Assembly (NCBI GenBank): GCA_963771515.1
Contig: CAVYTG010000001.1
Location: forward strand, 19,091 to 83,090
DNA from: an uncultured Gammaproteobacteria bacterium
GTDB taxonomy: Bacteria; Pseudomonadota; Gammaproteobacteria; CAVYTG01
Direction of reading: 5' to 3'
Length of the DNA: 64,000 nt
The translations under genes and the position numbers were made by a program. This document shows positions 9,632 to 18,863 of the stretch, in pieces. The number at the start of each line of letters is the position of its first letter. Position 1 is the first letter of the stretch. Under the pieces are notes generated by a model that was not told the origin of the DNA, made no database searches, and was given only the letters and a program-made list of their open reading frames with translations.

Positions 9632-9652
9632 TAGGGCGTGTCATCCATTAAT
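9632..9652. repeat. Family A MITE-like end (left-type half), overlapping the tamB stop codon
   Basis: TAGGGCGTGTCATCCATTAAT. Confidence 0.8.
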
Positions 9653-12600
9653 GTTTACTTTCAAACACCCGAATTAAATCAATAGACGCATTTTTATCAC
9701 CAGGGACGCCAGAAGTTTGTAGGATCCAGTGTTTTGTGAGCTGATATCGGGCCTGCAAGCCACTGAGGGGGTTAGCCAGCGTTACGGCATAATTGATATA
9801 GAGCATTGGAGAGAGCGCTTTACCAAAAACCAGAGTGGGTTTTTCGAGCTCTCGTCTTCTACCTCTTCTCGTTTGTTCGCTGAGCGCTGTGGGAGTGCCA
9901 GCACTTGGGAGAGCTGAGGGGATGGCGTTTTGTTGAATTGAAATATCTGCGAACCCAAACCCTTTTCTTATTTTTTCAGAAAAAGTGCTGGTCGCGCCGC
10001 CTCCCAGAGAATTGGCTGCTTCCATAATTAATGGAAAGTAAGCTCCAGCACCTGCATTAGCTGACTGCCCCGTAATCAGATAGGCAAAAATATTAGCCTG
10101 ACTTAGGCCGGAGGGTTCTGAAAACAGTCTAATCTGATGTCGACGTACAGAGCCTGTCACATCTAGACCAACCAATATATCGCTCACACCAAAGCTAAGG
10201 TTAGGGTCGATACCACCAATGTTATTGACCTGGATTTTTCGGGTTGCTTTAATTTGCATGCCGGGATTAGAAATCAGACCACCCGTGTAATTGAAAAAAC
10301 CTTCATGAATAGTGAGCTTGCGCCCTCGGATATCGTAGGTACCATCCTTGATTTTAATTTGTCCAATTCCTGTCGTAGGTTGCGAGGGTTCGCTTTTAAT
10401 TTTGACTTCACCAGTTAAATAGCCGCTGAGCCCTTCATATTTAAGAAAAACATCATTTCCCATTACAACGGTAATATCGCTTTCAACAGGAAATGGGTTG
10501 GTTGGCTTGGTTTCACCTATGTAATGGACGTCATCTGGCATGGTGATGATGTTTGTGAAATCTCTAGGTTTCACAGAAGCGCGCGGGATTTCAACCGTAC
10601 CTGTGATCTGGGTTTTTCCATCTTTTGAGTGAATGTTGAGGTTTGGCGATGCATAAATTTTTATTTCCCGGGTATTGGTGATTAAAAAATTCTCTCCGGT
10701 GATATGAAAGTCTGAAACGACGGTTTTGGGTTCAAAAAGCGATTTCCCTGTGAGTGTTAACTGTGTATCTTTAGATTTGACATGGCCCTCATAAGTAATG
10801 GTTTGTTTTTTTCCTTCGGCTTTGAGCTCGATGTCCTGGAGATGCAGGTTCAAAACAGGCAAAAAAGCAGCAGCTTTCAGCGTTAATTGGCTTTCTATGT
10901 TGGGTTTTTTGAGGGTGCCACGGATGTTAATATCCGTGGAAAGCTGACCTGTGATATTACGTACAGTAGGACTGGTTAAACCAGATACAAAGCTGATGTT
11001 TTGCATGGTACCTTTTAGCTGCCCTTTTATCTTTTGATTGGAGCCGAGTTTAATTGGGTTTGGTAAAGTCATTTGACCCTGAAAATGGCTGTCTCCAGGC
11101 AGATGGACGTTCAGTTGGCTGGATATTTTTCCAGGAACAATGGTTGTTTCCCATTTACCGCCGGAAAAAGATTCTGTGATGGTCCTGCTTTCAACTGGGT
11201 ACTGAAAGGTTCCAGGTTTAAGCGCAAAGGCAATGGAAAATCCGCGCAAGGTAGGCTTAATATTGCCTGTTACAGTGAGGTTGTCGATTGAGAAAATATT
11301 TTGTTTAATTTCTTGAGCGGATAAAGTGATGCTGGAATCCTTTAAGGATGCCATATTAATTGTAGTTTCTGCCAATACATTCTTGACAAAAAGAGAGTCG
11401 GCTTTGAGTTTGGGGATAGTTAAACTGGCATGAATTTTAGGTGAATCATATTTGCCTGAAATTTCTCCCTGGCTCATTAAGCTTCCTTCCAGAGATGGAT
11501 AGAATAAGTGAATATTATCTATCTGGGCCGTCCACTGGACGGCCCATTCCTCATTGATATTTCCGTTGATAAAGAGTGTGTTTTTTCCAGAGGTAAATGC
11601 TGCATTGAAGCTTTTAATTTTTGGGTAGTTAACATGTAATGAGGCTTGTCCTTCTAAAGGCTGGTTGTGATAAGAAGAATTTTCCAGATTCAGGATGAGT
11701 TTACCGGCTTTGTCCTGTCCTTCTCCTGTCAGGGTTCCATTTAATTGAGCGGGAAAAATTTTGTCTAGGTGAATATGGGAGGCTGAAAGAGAAAATTTCC
11801 AGTGAAGTTGATTCTCGTCTTTTAAAGATGCTTCAGGTTTTGATGGCTGAGGCGAAAGCACAGACGCTGGTTTGGTAGTAACCGTTGGGCGGGGAGATTT
11901 TATCCACCCATTTAAGGTGAGGGTTCCCTTGAGTAGTTCGTTTTGCAGGGTATTGAATACCAAATGTGTTTCATCTCCATGGCCTGCGATTTTCCAGTTA
12001 AAATCCTTTCCAGATAAGCCTAATAAAAATTGATAGTGATGAGTATTGCCTGATAAATCCAGGCGGCCGTTGACAGGAAAGGGCGATACAACGTGAATTC
12101 GGAGATGTCCTTCAAGTTGAGTTCTTGTCAAGGCAATTTGACCCTGTAGTGATTTTGCTTGAAAGGTGGTTCGGGCTTCGGGTGATTTAAGCACGATTTC
12201 ACTGACGGTGAGCTGTTTGATGATTAGATAAATTGGGAGCTTTGGTGGTGCAAAGGCAGTAGGTTGAACGGCTTTTTTTATTATTTTTTCCGGTGTTTCA
12301 TGTTTATTTCTGGTGATCAGTATTTTATGGCTATGTAACTTCTCAATTTTTAAATGCCATTTTAAAAGAGCCAGAGGCTTCCATTTTAGCGAGAGGTTTT
12401 CTAGTTGAATGGTTTGTTGCGGTTGGGTGTAAATAATTTTTCTGAAGTGCATTCCTTGCATAAACGTACCTGTTGCACCCTGAAACACTAACGAGGTTTG
12501 AGTAAAAGCTTCAACCGCTTTTAATGTGAAGTGGAGGCCCATTTGGGTATTGAGTATGAGAAAAATCAGAAGAATGGATCCAAATAGTATGGCATATAGT

Positions 12601-12662
12601 AGAAGACGAAGCGGCTTTAGAATGGATTTAAATAGCGTGGGTTTATTATTTATTTTGTCCAT
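9648..12662 (-). CDS. tamB: Translocation/assembly module TamB (DUF490)
   Basis: N-terminal TM anchor, beta-rich body, C-terminal DUF490-like region (GKALSPMLYINY...ARYQLTKHW); directly downstream of tamA. Confidence 0.88.
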   Translation of the reverse strand: MDKINNKPTLFKSILKPLRLLLYAILFGSILLIFLILNTQMGLHFTLKAVEAFTQTSLVFQGATGTFMQGMHFRKIIYTQPQQTIQLENLSLKWKPLALLKWHLKIEKLHSHKILITRNKHETPEKIIKKAVQPTAFAPPKLPIYLIIKQLTVSEIVLKSPEARTTFQAKSLQGQIALTRTQLEGHLRIHVVSPFPVNGRLDLSGNTHHYQFLLGLSGKDFNWKIAGHGDETHLVFNTLQNELLKGTLTLNGWIKSPRPTVTTKPASVLSPQPSKPEASLKDENQLHWKFSLSASHIHLDKIFPAQLNGTLTGEGQDKAGKLILNLENSSYHNQPLEGQASLHVNYPKIKSFNAAFTSGKNTLFINGNINEEWAVQWTAQIDNIHLFYPSLEGSLMSQGEISGKYDSPKIHASLTIPKLKADSLFVKNVLAETTINMASLKDSSITLSAQEIKQNIFSIDNLTVTGNIKPTLRGFSIAFALKPGTFQYPVESRTITESFSGGKWETTIVPGKISSQLNVHLPGDSHFQGQMTLPNPIKLGSNQKIKGQLKGTMQNISFVSGLTSPTVRNITGQLSTDINIRGTLKKPNIESQLTLKAAAFLPVLNLHLQDIELKAEGKKQTITYEGHVKSKDTQLTLTGKSLFEPKTVVSDFHITGENFLITNTREIKIYASPNLNIHSKDGKTQITGTVEIPRASVKPRDFTNIITMPDDVHYIGETKPTNPFPVESDITVVMGNDVFLKYEGLSGYLTGEVKIKSEPSQPTTGIGQIKIKDGTYDIRGRKLTIHEGFFNYTGGLISNPGMQIKATRKIQVNNIGGIDPNLSFGVSDILVGLDVTGSVRRHQIRLFSEPSGLSQANIFAYLITGQSANAGAGAYFPLIMEAANSLGGGATSTFSEKIRKGFGFADISIQQNAIPSALPSAGTPTALSEQTRRGRRRELEKPTLVFGKALSPMLYINYAVTLANPLSGLQARYQLTKHWILQTSGVPGDKNASIDLIRVFESKH

Positions 12663-12668
12663 CTGTAT

Positions 12669-14543
12669 TTATTCCTGTGTGTTAAAACCAAAGAGATCAG
12701 ATCCCATGCTGAACTGAAACCGAAAGTGTCTTTGCTTTTGAGGTGGGTTTTTATCTAATGGAACTGCGATAGCAAACTCTATACTTCCAATAGGTGACAA
12801 ATAAAGGATTCCTATCCCAGGGCTGCGCTTTAGTGATTTTAGAAACTGATTGTTGACACTACCCACATCGTAGAAGCCAGTCAGATAGATGTTTCCAAAG
12901 ATTTTTTGCTGAAGTTCAACACTGCCGACAGTAAAATATTTGCCAGGACCAATATCTAAATAACGGTAGCCTCGGACACTTTGAGGGCCCCCTGCAAAGT
13001 ATTGCAAAGATAGAGGTAAATGAAAGATATTTGAAATTTGGGTTTTACCCAGAGAGCCTCGGACAAATATTCTTTGAGAGGAAGTTAGAGAGTAAAGTGC
13101 TTTAAAGTCTGCTCGAATTTGGAAAAAATTGTGTGATATTTTTTTGTCATGAGAACCCATTCCGCCTCGCATTGTAAAATTAAATTGATAACCCTTGGTG
13201 GGTTGTAGGGGCTCATCACTGTAGGACCTTACTACGGAGAAGCTAGGGATCAATAATTTTGCATGTTGAAAAAGCAGATTACCATTAGGGGTGAAAAAGA
13301 AGCTTTTATAAATCCAAAAAGTTTCATTTAAGAAGCTGACAGAAAAGGTAGGGTGCCATCTTTTATAAACGGTTAAGTAGCTGGCTTCAAATCTTTGGTT
13401 GTGACCTTGACCTGAGTTTTCATCAAGTTCCTCTGCAGAAGCAGTGAGTTGATATTGATCGGTGACAGGGTTTTTACCAGGAATAATATAGGTGGCACGA
13501 GCGCTTCTTCTGATTTGTGAAATGACAGCAGCAGTTCGTAATTGGTGGCCTTGAGGATTTAAATATCGAAAATTAATGCCGACAATAGCCCTGGCAAGTG
13601 TGTCTGTTCCCCAACCACCCCCGATGATATATTGTCTTGCTTTTTTGGTTTTTAGTTTAGCCTCTATGGGAACTTCAAGGCTGTTGTTGGTAAGGTGCTT
13701 AACTGAAATTTTCTGAAAGTAGTTGCTATTGCTGAGGTTGCGTTGAAATCGCTCCATCTCTTTTTCTGAGAATGGTTCGCCTACTTTAAAAGGTACAAAG
13801 CGTTGTAAAAAGCGATCAGAAAGAGGCGTGGGAGAAAAGGAAACGGGGCCAAAACGATAGCGGGGGCCTGTGTTAAAGAGAATATAAAGGCGAGCCTGAT
13901 TGTAAGTTAAGTCGATGGTCATTTGACTATCAATAATATTCGCCTGAAAATACCCTCTTTCTTCTGCAAGCGAAAAAAGATCCAGTTTTGCATCTTCATA
14001 GCGCTTTACATTTAAGGTATGCCCCATTTTTTCGAGAATTTGGGTTTTGAGCGCTTTAAATTTAGGGTCATTAGCGCCTTCACCGGCTACTTGAATATGA
14101 ACGTCAGTGACTTCTATCGGTTTTCCAGGTTTTATGTGAAAAAATGCTTTCCATTGCTTGCCCTGGTGAGAAAGATGGGCAGTGATTTCAGGGTGAAAGT
14201 AACCAAAAGGTTTGAGAGCCTCTTTAATTTCTTCTGGGGCATTTTGATAAAAATTTTGAATATCCTCTTGGGTTGGCTTTTCATGCAATGGTCGTAAATT
14301 CACCCTAAGACGGGTTGAGATATTGTCCAATATTTCCCCTTCAACCCCTGTGATTTCTACAGAGAAGAGTCGGGTGGAATTTGTAAGAGGGGTGGCCCTG
14401 GAGGTGGCTGTTTTTTTGGGTTGATACAGTAAAAGCTCGTTGCTCTTCATGTTTTGAGCGAAGCCGGGTGAAAGGAAAAGGGCACTACTTAGTATGCAGA
14501 TTGCTTTAATCAGGATGTTAATAATGCGCAAGTTTGAGTTCAT
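12669..14543 (-). CDS. tamA: Autotransporter assembly Omp85-family protein TamA
   Basis: Signal peptide, POTRA-like segments (ALKPFGYFHP, GYFQA), YFAGGPQSVRGY lid motif, C-terminal barrel (SPIGSIEFAIA). Confidence 0.9.
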   Translation of the reverse strand: MNSNLRIINILIKAICILSSALFLSPGFAQNMKSNELLLYQPKKTATSRATPLTNSTRLFSVEITGVEGEILDNISTRLRVNLRPLHEKPTQEDIQNFYQNAPEEIKEALKPFGYFHPEITAHLSHQGKQWKAFFHIKPGKPIEVTDVHIQVAGEGANDPKFKALKTQILEKMGHTLNVKRYEDAKLDLFSLAEERGYFQANIIDSQMTIDLTYNQARLYILFNTGPRYRFGPVSFSPTPLSDRFLQRFVPFKVGEPFSEKEMERFQRNLSNSNYFQKISVKHLTNNSLEVPIEAKLKTKKARQYIIGGGWGTDTLARAIVGINFRYLNPQGHQLRTAAVISQIRRSARATYIIPGKNPVTDQYQLTASAEELDENSGQGHNQRFEASYLTVYKRWHPTFSVSFLNETFWIYKSFFFTPNGNLLFQHAKLLIPSFSVVRSYSDEPLQPTKGYQFNFTMRGGMGSHDKKISHNFFQIRADFKALYSLTSSQRIFVRGSLGKTQISNIFHLPLSLQYFAGGPQSVRGYRYLDIGPGKYFTVGSVELQQKIFGNIYLTGFYDVGSVNNQFLKSLKRSPGIGILYLSPIGSIEFAIAVPLDKNPPQKQRHFRFQFSMGSDLFGFNTQE

Positions 14544-14657
14544 TCAAAATGGGGGATCATCGATTTTTCTGGTAAAAGTTTTAAATGAAGAGGATATCTT
14601 GACCCTCGAGTTTTTTCAATGATTTATCTTGTGATATAAATAGGATGGAAACAACTA

Positions 14658-14741
14658 TAGGGTGTGTCCTCAATTGTTATGTCTAGGATGTGTCTTCAAT
14701 TTATTTTTTGAACTCAAAAAATAAATTGAAGATACACCTTA
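14658..14741. repeat. Family A: isolated left end plus a 58-bp internally deleted palindromic copy
   Basis: TAGGGTGTGTCCTCAATT (14658-14675); TAGGATGTGTCTTCAATTTATTTTTTG-AACT-CAAAAAATAAATTGAAGATACACCTTA (14684-14741). Confidence 0.8.
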
Positions 14742-14769
14742 AGTATTCTGAATTTAGGTTTAAATTTCT

Positions 14770-15456
14770 ATGCAAGTATCTGGAAAAATTTATGCAGGGT
14801 TATGTGTTTTATTTGCTGTTCTTATGGTGATAGGTAATTTGATTTATCAAAAATTTGTAAGCCTGCCCATTTTTTCTTTTCATACGTTTGAGTTATCAGT
14901 TGGGGCCATTTTGTATCCTCTTACGTTTTTAATCACAGATTTGGTGGCTGAGTTTTATGGTAAGCGTGCTGCCAGTTTTTGCGTCAAGATGGCTTTGACC
15001 ATGAATATTGTTGTTGCCTTCCTGATATTAGGGATGGATCATTTAAATGCAACAAGCTGGTCAAAGGTCAGTAATGAAATGTTCCATCAGGTATTTGGAG
15101 CTTACGGTGTTGCTTTTGTAGGGTCTGTATTGGCTTGTTATACTGCTCAGCGGCTTGATATTTGGCTTTATTTGGGGATCCGTCGATTTACAAAGGGGCG
15201 TTGGTTATGGTTTAGAAACAATGTCAGTACGGCGATCTCTCTTTTTATAGATACGATTATTGTGTTGGGATTTATGACAGCTTTTGGGATATTTCCAGTT
15301 GAACAGATGTTTTCACTGATTTTCAACAGTTATTTGTTTAAGTTATTTTTTGTGATTTGCAGCACACCTTTGTTTTATGTGGGTGTATGGGTCATCCGAT
15401 GGATCATCGGAAAAGAGGAGAATCCTCCAGTGTCTCAATTGCCAGAAATGTCATGA
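14770..15456 (+). CDS. Queuosine precursor transporter (YhhQ/Vut_1 family)
   Basis: GAILYPLTFLITDLVAEFYG, AQRLDIW, WFRNNVSTAISLFIDT; six or so TM helices. Confidence 0.88.
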   Translation: MQVSGKIYAGLCVLFAVLMVIGNLIYQKFVSLPIFSFHTFELSVGAILYPLTFLITDLVAEFYGKRAASFCVKMALTMNIVVAFLILGMDHLNATSWSKVSNEMFHQVFGAYGVAFVGSVLACYTAQRLDIWLYLGIRRFTKGRWLWFRNNVSTAISLFIDTIIVLGFMTAFGIFPVEQMFSLIFNSYLFKLFFVICSTPLFYVGVWVIRWIIGKEENPPVSQLPEMS

Positions 15457-15528
15457 TAGACCTCTGCATCAGAAAGATAAGGTATTGATAGTGGAGGGTG
15501 AGTAAACACAACTTAACAGGAGCTTTTT

Positions 15529-16125
15529 ATGAGACAGTTATGCTTTAGTTTAGCTTTTCTTTTGATGTTCAGTCATTGTGCATGGGCAGTAGAGCAATCA
15601 AAACCTACTCGAGTAGTTCAATTTAAAGCCATAGAGGCTAAGCCAGTTAAGGAGGGTCACTGCTGGACAGAGTCGCTTGCTATCCCTGGGAAAAGGGCTT
15701 GGCGTTGTATGGTTGGAAATGTAATTTATGATCCTTGTTTTACCACAGCTTCTGCTCAAATTGTCATATGTAATGTGAATCCTGCTGAAAACAAAACAGG
15801 ATTTGCATTAAAGCTTATCAAACCACTACCAGAACCTACCCTTTCAAAAACAACAGGAAATCAGTTCTTCCAGATGCGTTTAGTAGATGGAAGCATTTGT
15901 GCGCCTTTCACGGGAACGCGACCATCTTTGGGTAAAGAAATGGTCATTTATGGTTGCACAGGACAGCGTTGCCCAACCTTAGAATCTTGTCAGATTGGCG
16001 TTTTATCTGTAGATAGACGTAAGAGCCAATGGGTGGCTAAAGTGGTTGTATATCGCATCTTAAATAATGGAAAAATTGAAGTTAAGGCATTAGAAGAAGT
16101 GCCTGTAGATACCGCCTGGGAATAA
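15529..16125 (+). CDS. Secreted cysteine-rich hypothetical protein
   Basis: 198 aa; signal peptide ending AWA; GHCWTES, WRCMVGNVIYDPCF, DGSICAPFTG; GGAG RBS. Confidence 0.7.
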   Translation: MRQLCFSLAFLLMFSHCAWAVEQSKPTRVVQFKAIEAKPVKEGHCWTESLAIPGKRAWRCMVGNVIYDPCFTTASAQIVICNVNPAENKTGFALKLIKPLPEPTLSKTTGNQFFQMRLVDGSICAPFTGTRPSLGKEMVIYGCTGQRCPTLESCQIGVLSVDRRKSQWVAKVVVYRILNNGKIEVKALEEVPVDTAWE

Positions 16126-16255
16126 AGTGAGTTAGCATCTTGTGCTTGTAGGGGATAAAACCTCATACATGCAGAAAGCATTGTCTCAACATGGGAAGGC
16201 ATAAGTTGACTAGATGTCCTATACTTGATGTGATGGGTCATGGAACTTAAATGAG

Positions 16256-17020
16256 ATGAAGCTTACATTTCTAGGCTCTGGAACAGCCTTTGCTACAGAC
16301 AATTATCACTCCAATCTTTTGCTGGAAGGGGAAAAGACCTTTTTGTTGGATTGTGGTTCAGATATTCGTTTTTCTCTCAGAGATGCTCGAAAGTCTTATA
16401 AAGATATTGATGCGGTCTATGTCAGCCATTTGCATTTTGACCATATTGGCGGGTTAGAATGGCTCGGTTTCCTTAGACGGTTTGGTGATTGTAGCCATTC
16501 TATGAAAAGTGTGAAGCCGATCTTGTATGGAGAAAAAGCATTGCTTCAGGATTTGTGGGAGCATGTATTGCTGGGTGGCATGAAATGTATAGAAAATACA
16601 GAGGTTTCTCTAGATACCTATTTTGATGTACAGCCTGTTATCTATCCCGGCTCATTTGAATTTGACAAGATCCAATATCAATTGGTTAAGACAGAACACA
16701 TGATCGACAACAAGACAGTGTTAGGTTCCTATGGTCTATTTTTTGAGATTAAAGGCAAGAAAGTATTTTTTACAACGGATGCTAAATTTACTTATGATCA
16801 GTTTTTGCCTTATTATGAAGCCAGTGATCTTATTTTTCACGATTGCGAAACCAGGCCTTGCAAAAGTGGTGTACACACCACTTATGAAGAGCTGAATACC
16901 TTGCCGTTACGATTCAAATCCAAAATGTGGTTATATGGATATGAGTTAGGACATATGCCCAATGCCACCTCAAGTGGTTTTCTGGGTTTTATTCAAAGAG
17001 GCCAAGTTTTTATTTTTTAA
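16256..17020 (+). CDS. MBL-fold metallo-hydrolase (RNase Z/phosphodiesterase-like)
   Basis: FLGSG, LDCGSD, SHLHFDHIGG (HxHxDH), FTTDA, FHDCE, HTTY. Confidence 0.85.
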   Translation: MKLTFLGSGTAFATDNYHSNLLLEGEKTFLLDCGSDIRFSLRDARKSYKDIDAVYVSHLHFDHIGGLEWLGFLRRFGDCSHSMKSVKPILYGEKALLQDLWEHVLLGGMKCIENTEVSLDTYFDVQPVIYPGSFEFDKIQYQLVKTEHMIDNKTVLGSYGLFFEIKGKKVFFTTDAKFTYDQFLPYYEASDLIFHDCETRPCKSGVHTTYEELNTLPLRFKSKMWLYGYELGHMPNATSSGFLGFIQRGQVFIF

Positions 17021-17031
17021 GTAAGTGGTTT

Positions 17032-17319
17032 ATGATGCAAGAGAATCAAAAGACTAGAAAAACTCGGATCAGCTACCCTCTTAGGTATGAAGGAAACCTG
17101 TTTATCCTGATAGTGCTTTTGATTATTTGGCCCCCATTGGGGTTAATTTTATGGGTGAAAAATGGTTCCTTAATCAAGGCGCATTCCAGATTTTTTATTG
17201 ATTATCATGGCCATTATTTTTGGCTATTTTTTTGGGCAATTCTGTTTTTTCCGATCGCGATCGTATTATTCCTGCTGAATGGAGCAGATTGGGTTGAGGA
17301 AACTCAATTGCATGAGTAG
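17032..17319 (+). CDS. Small membrane protein of unknown function
   Basis: 95 aa with two similar hydrophobic segments (IIWPPLGLILW / ILFFPIAIVLF). Confidence 0.65.
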   Translation: MMQENQKTRKTRISYPLRYEGNLFILIVLLIIWPPLGLILWVKNGSLIKAHSRFFIDYHGHYFWLFFWAILFFPIAIVLFLLNGADWVEETQLHE

Positions 17320-17328
17320 ACTGACATC

Positions 17329-17492
17329 TAGGGTGTGTTTACATTTCATTGTTTTGTTCCAAAATGTGGGTAATGGAGGCAAATTTTGAGTAAATTTGAG
17401 GAAGCCTATTCATATAGGTGACGAAAATTTGCTTGAAATTTGACCCATTATGCGCGTTTTGGAACAAAACAATGAAATGTAAACACACCCTA
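17329..17492. mobile_element. Family A MITE-like element, full-length 164-bp copy
   Basis: 36-bp perfect terminal IR TAGGGTGTGTTTACATTTCATTGTTTTGTTCCAAAA, extending imperfectly to ~48 bp; TA at both ends in CTAG context; no ORF. Extra left-end stubs at 17491-17500 and 17514-17524. Confidence 0.85.
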
Positions 17493-17558
17493 GGGTGTCG
17501 TCACGAGATTTTTTAGGGCGTGTTCTGGCAATACAATCAATATACCCTGGTTTGAATC

Positions 17559-18863
17559 GTGAAAGTTGAAATTACAAAATTAAGCCATGAAGGTCGAGGG
17601 ATTGCCCAGATTGATGGAAAAGCGATTTTTTTAGAAGGCGGGTTGCCAGGAGAAATTGTTGAATTTAACTATGCTCACCAGAAAAAGCGCTTTTGTGAGG
17701 GGTATGTAACCCAGGTATCTAAACCTTCGATCCATCGAGTAGTTCCGCAATGTGTTTATTCAGCTGCCTGTGGTGGTTGTTCACTCCAACATATTGCACC
17801 TGAGTTTCAGGTAGAACATAAACAGGATGTTTTGCTTGAACACCTGGCGCATATCGGCCAGGTTAAACCTCTGGCATTACTGCCTCCTGTCACAGGGCCT
17901 CTGTGGGGTTATCGCCGTAAAGCTCGCTTGGGGGTTCGCTATGTTCATAAAAAGCAAAAAGTATTAGTTGGCTTTCGAGAAAAGGATGGTCGATATTTAA
18001 TGGATATGGATCATTGTGCCATTCTGGATCCCAGGGTAGGTTTGAAGCTTCAGGCATTGAAGCATCTGATTATGAGTTTTTCCTGTTACCGAGATATTCC
18101 TCAAATTGAGGTTGCAGCAGGGGATGATCAGGTCGCGTTGGTTTTCCGGCATATGGTGCCTTTAAGTGCTGATGAGCGACAGAAACTTTTGGATTTTGGG
18201 CGAGATCATCATTTTCAGATTTATCTGCAAGGGAATGCAGGAACGGTGGATCTGATTTATCCTACTGAAAATGAAGCAACATTGTCATATCGTTTGCCAG
18301 ATTATAATTTGGAGCTTTTTTTTCAGCCCTTAGACTTTATTCAGGTGAACAAGGCAGTCAATCAAGCCATGGTAAAACAGGCTATTTCACTTCTATCGCC
18401 ATTGCCCAATGAGACCATTTTGGATTTATTTTGTGGACTAGGGAATTTTAGTTTGCCATTGGCCAGACAAGGTGCTGAAGTGCATGCGGTAGAGGGGTCA
18501 GAAGAAATGGTTCGCCAGGGTCAATTGAATGCTCGCAACCATGATATTCAAAATGTACATTTTTATAGTGCTAACCTGGAAGATGATTTGAGTAGACAAC
18601 CTTGGTGCAGCAGTGTTTATGAGAAAATTTTATTAGATCCGCCTCGGACGGGGGCTCTGAATGTTGTGAAACAAATGGCATATTTTAATCCCAAAAAAAT
18701 ACTATATGTTTCTTGTAACTCGGCCACCTTGGCGAGAGATGCTTATGAATTAAGTTTGCAGGGTTATGTGTTATCACAGGCAGGTGTTATCAATATGTTT
18801 CCTCATACTAAGCATGTTGAGTGTATGGCGCTCTTTGAAAAGAGTGTGGGGGCTGGTGCATGA
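17559..18863 (+). CDS. rlmD: 23S rRNA m5U1939 methyltransferase
   Basis: TRAM domain, CGGCSLQH Fe-S motif, DLFCGLGNF, LDPPRTG, YVSCN, MFPHTKHVE; upstream of relA. Confidence 0.95.
   Translation: MKVEITKLSHEGRGIAQIDGKAIFLEGGLPGEIVEFNYAHQKKRFCEGYVTQVSKPSIHRVVPQCVYSAACGGCSLQHIAPEFQVEHKQDVLLEHLAHIGQVKPLALLPPVTGPLWGYRRKARLGVRYVHKKQKVLVGFREKDGRYLMDMDHCAILDPRVGLKLQALKHLIMSFSCYRDIPQIEVAAGDDQVALVFRHMVPLSADERQKLLDFGRDHHFQIYLQGNAGTVDLIYPTENEATLSYRLPDYNLELFFQPLDFIQVNKAVNQAMVKQAISLLSPLPNETILDLFCGLGNFSLPLARQGAEVHAVEGSEEMVRQGQLNARNHDIQNVHFYSANLEDDLSRQPWCSSVYEKILLDPPRTGALNVVKQMAYFNPKKILYVSCNSATLARDAYELSLQGYVLSQAGVINMFPHTKHVECMALFEKSVGAGA

Noticed and set aside
14544-14769. preQ1 riboswitch ahead of the queuosine-precursor transporter
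   Set aside because: No preQ1 motif visible; the hairpin present is a family A repeat.
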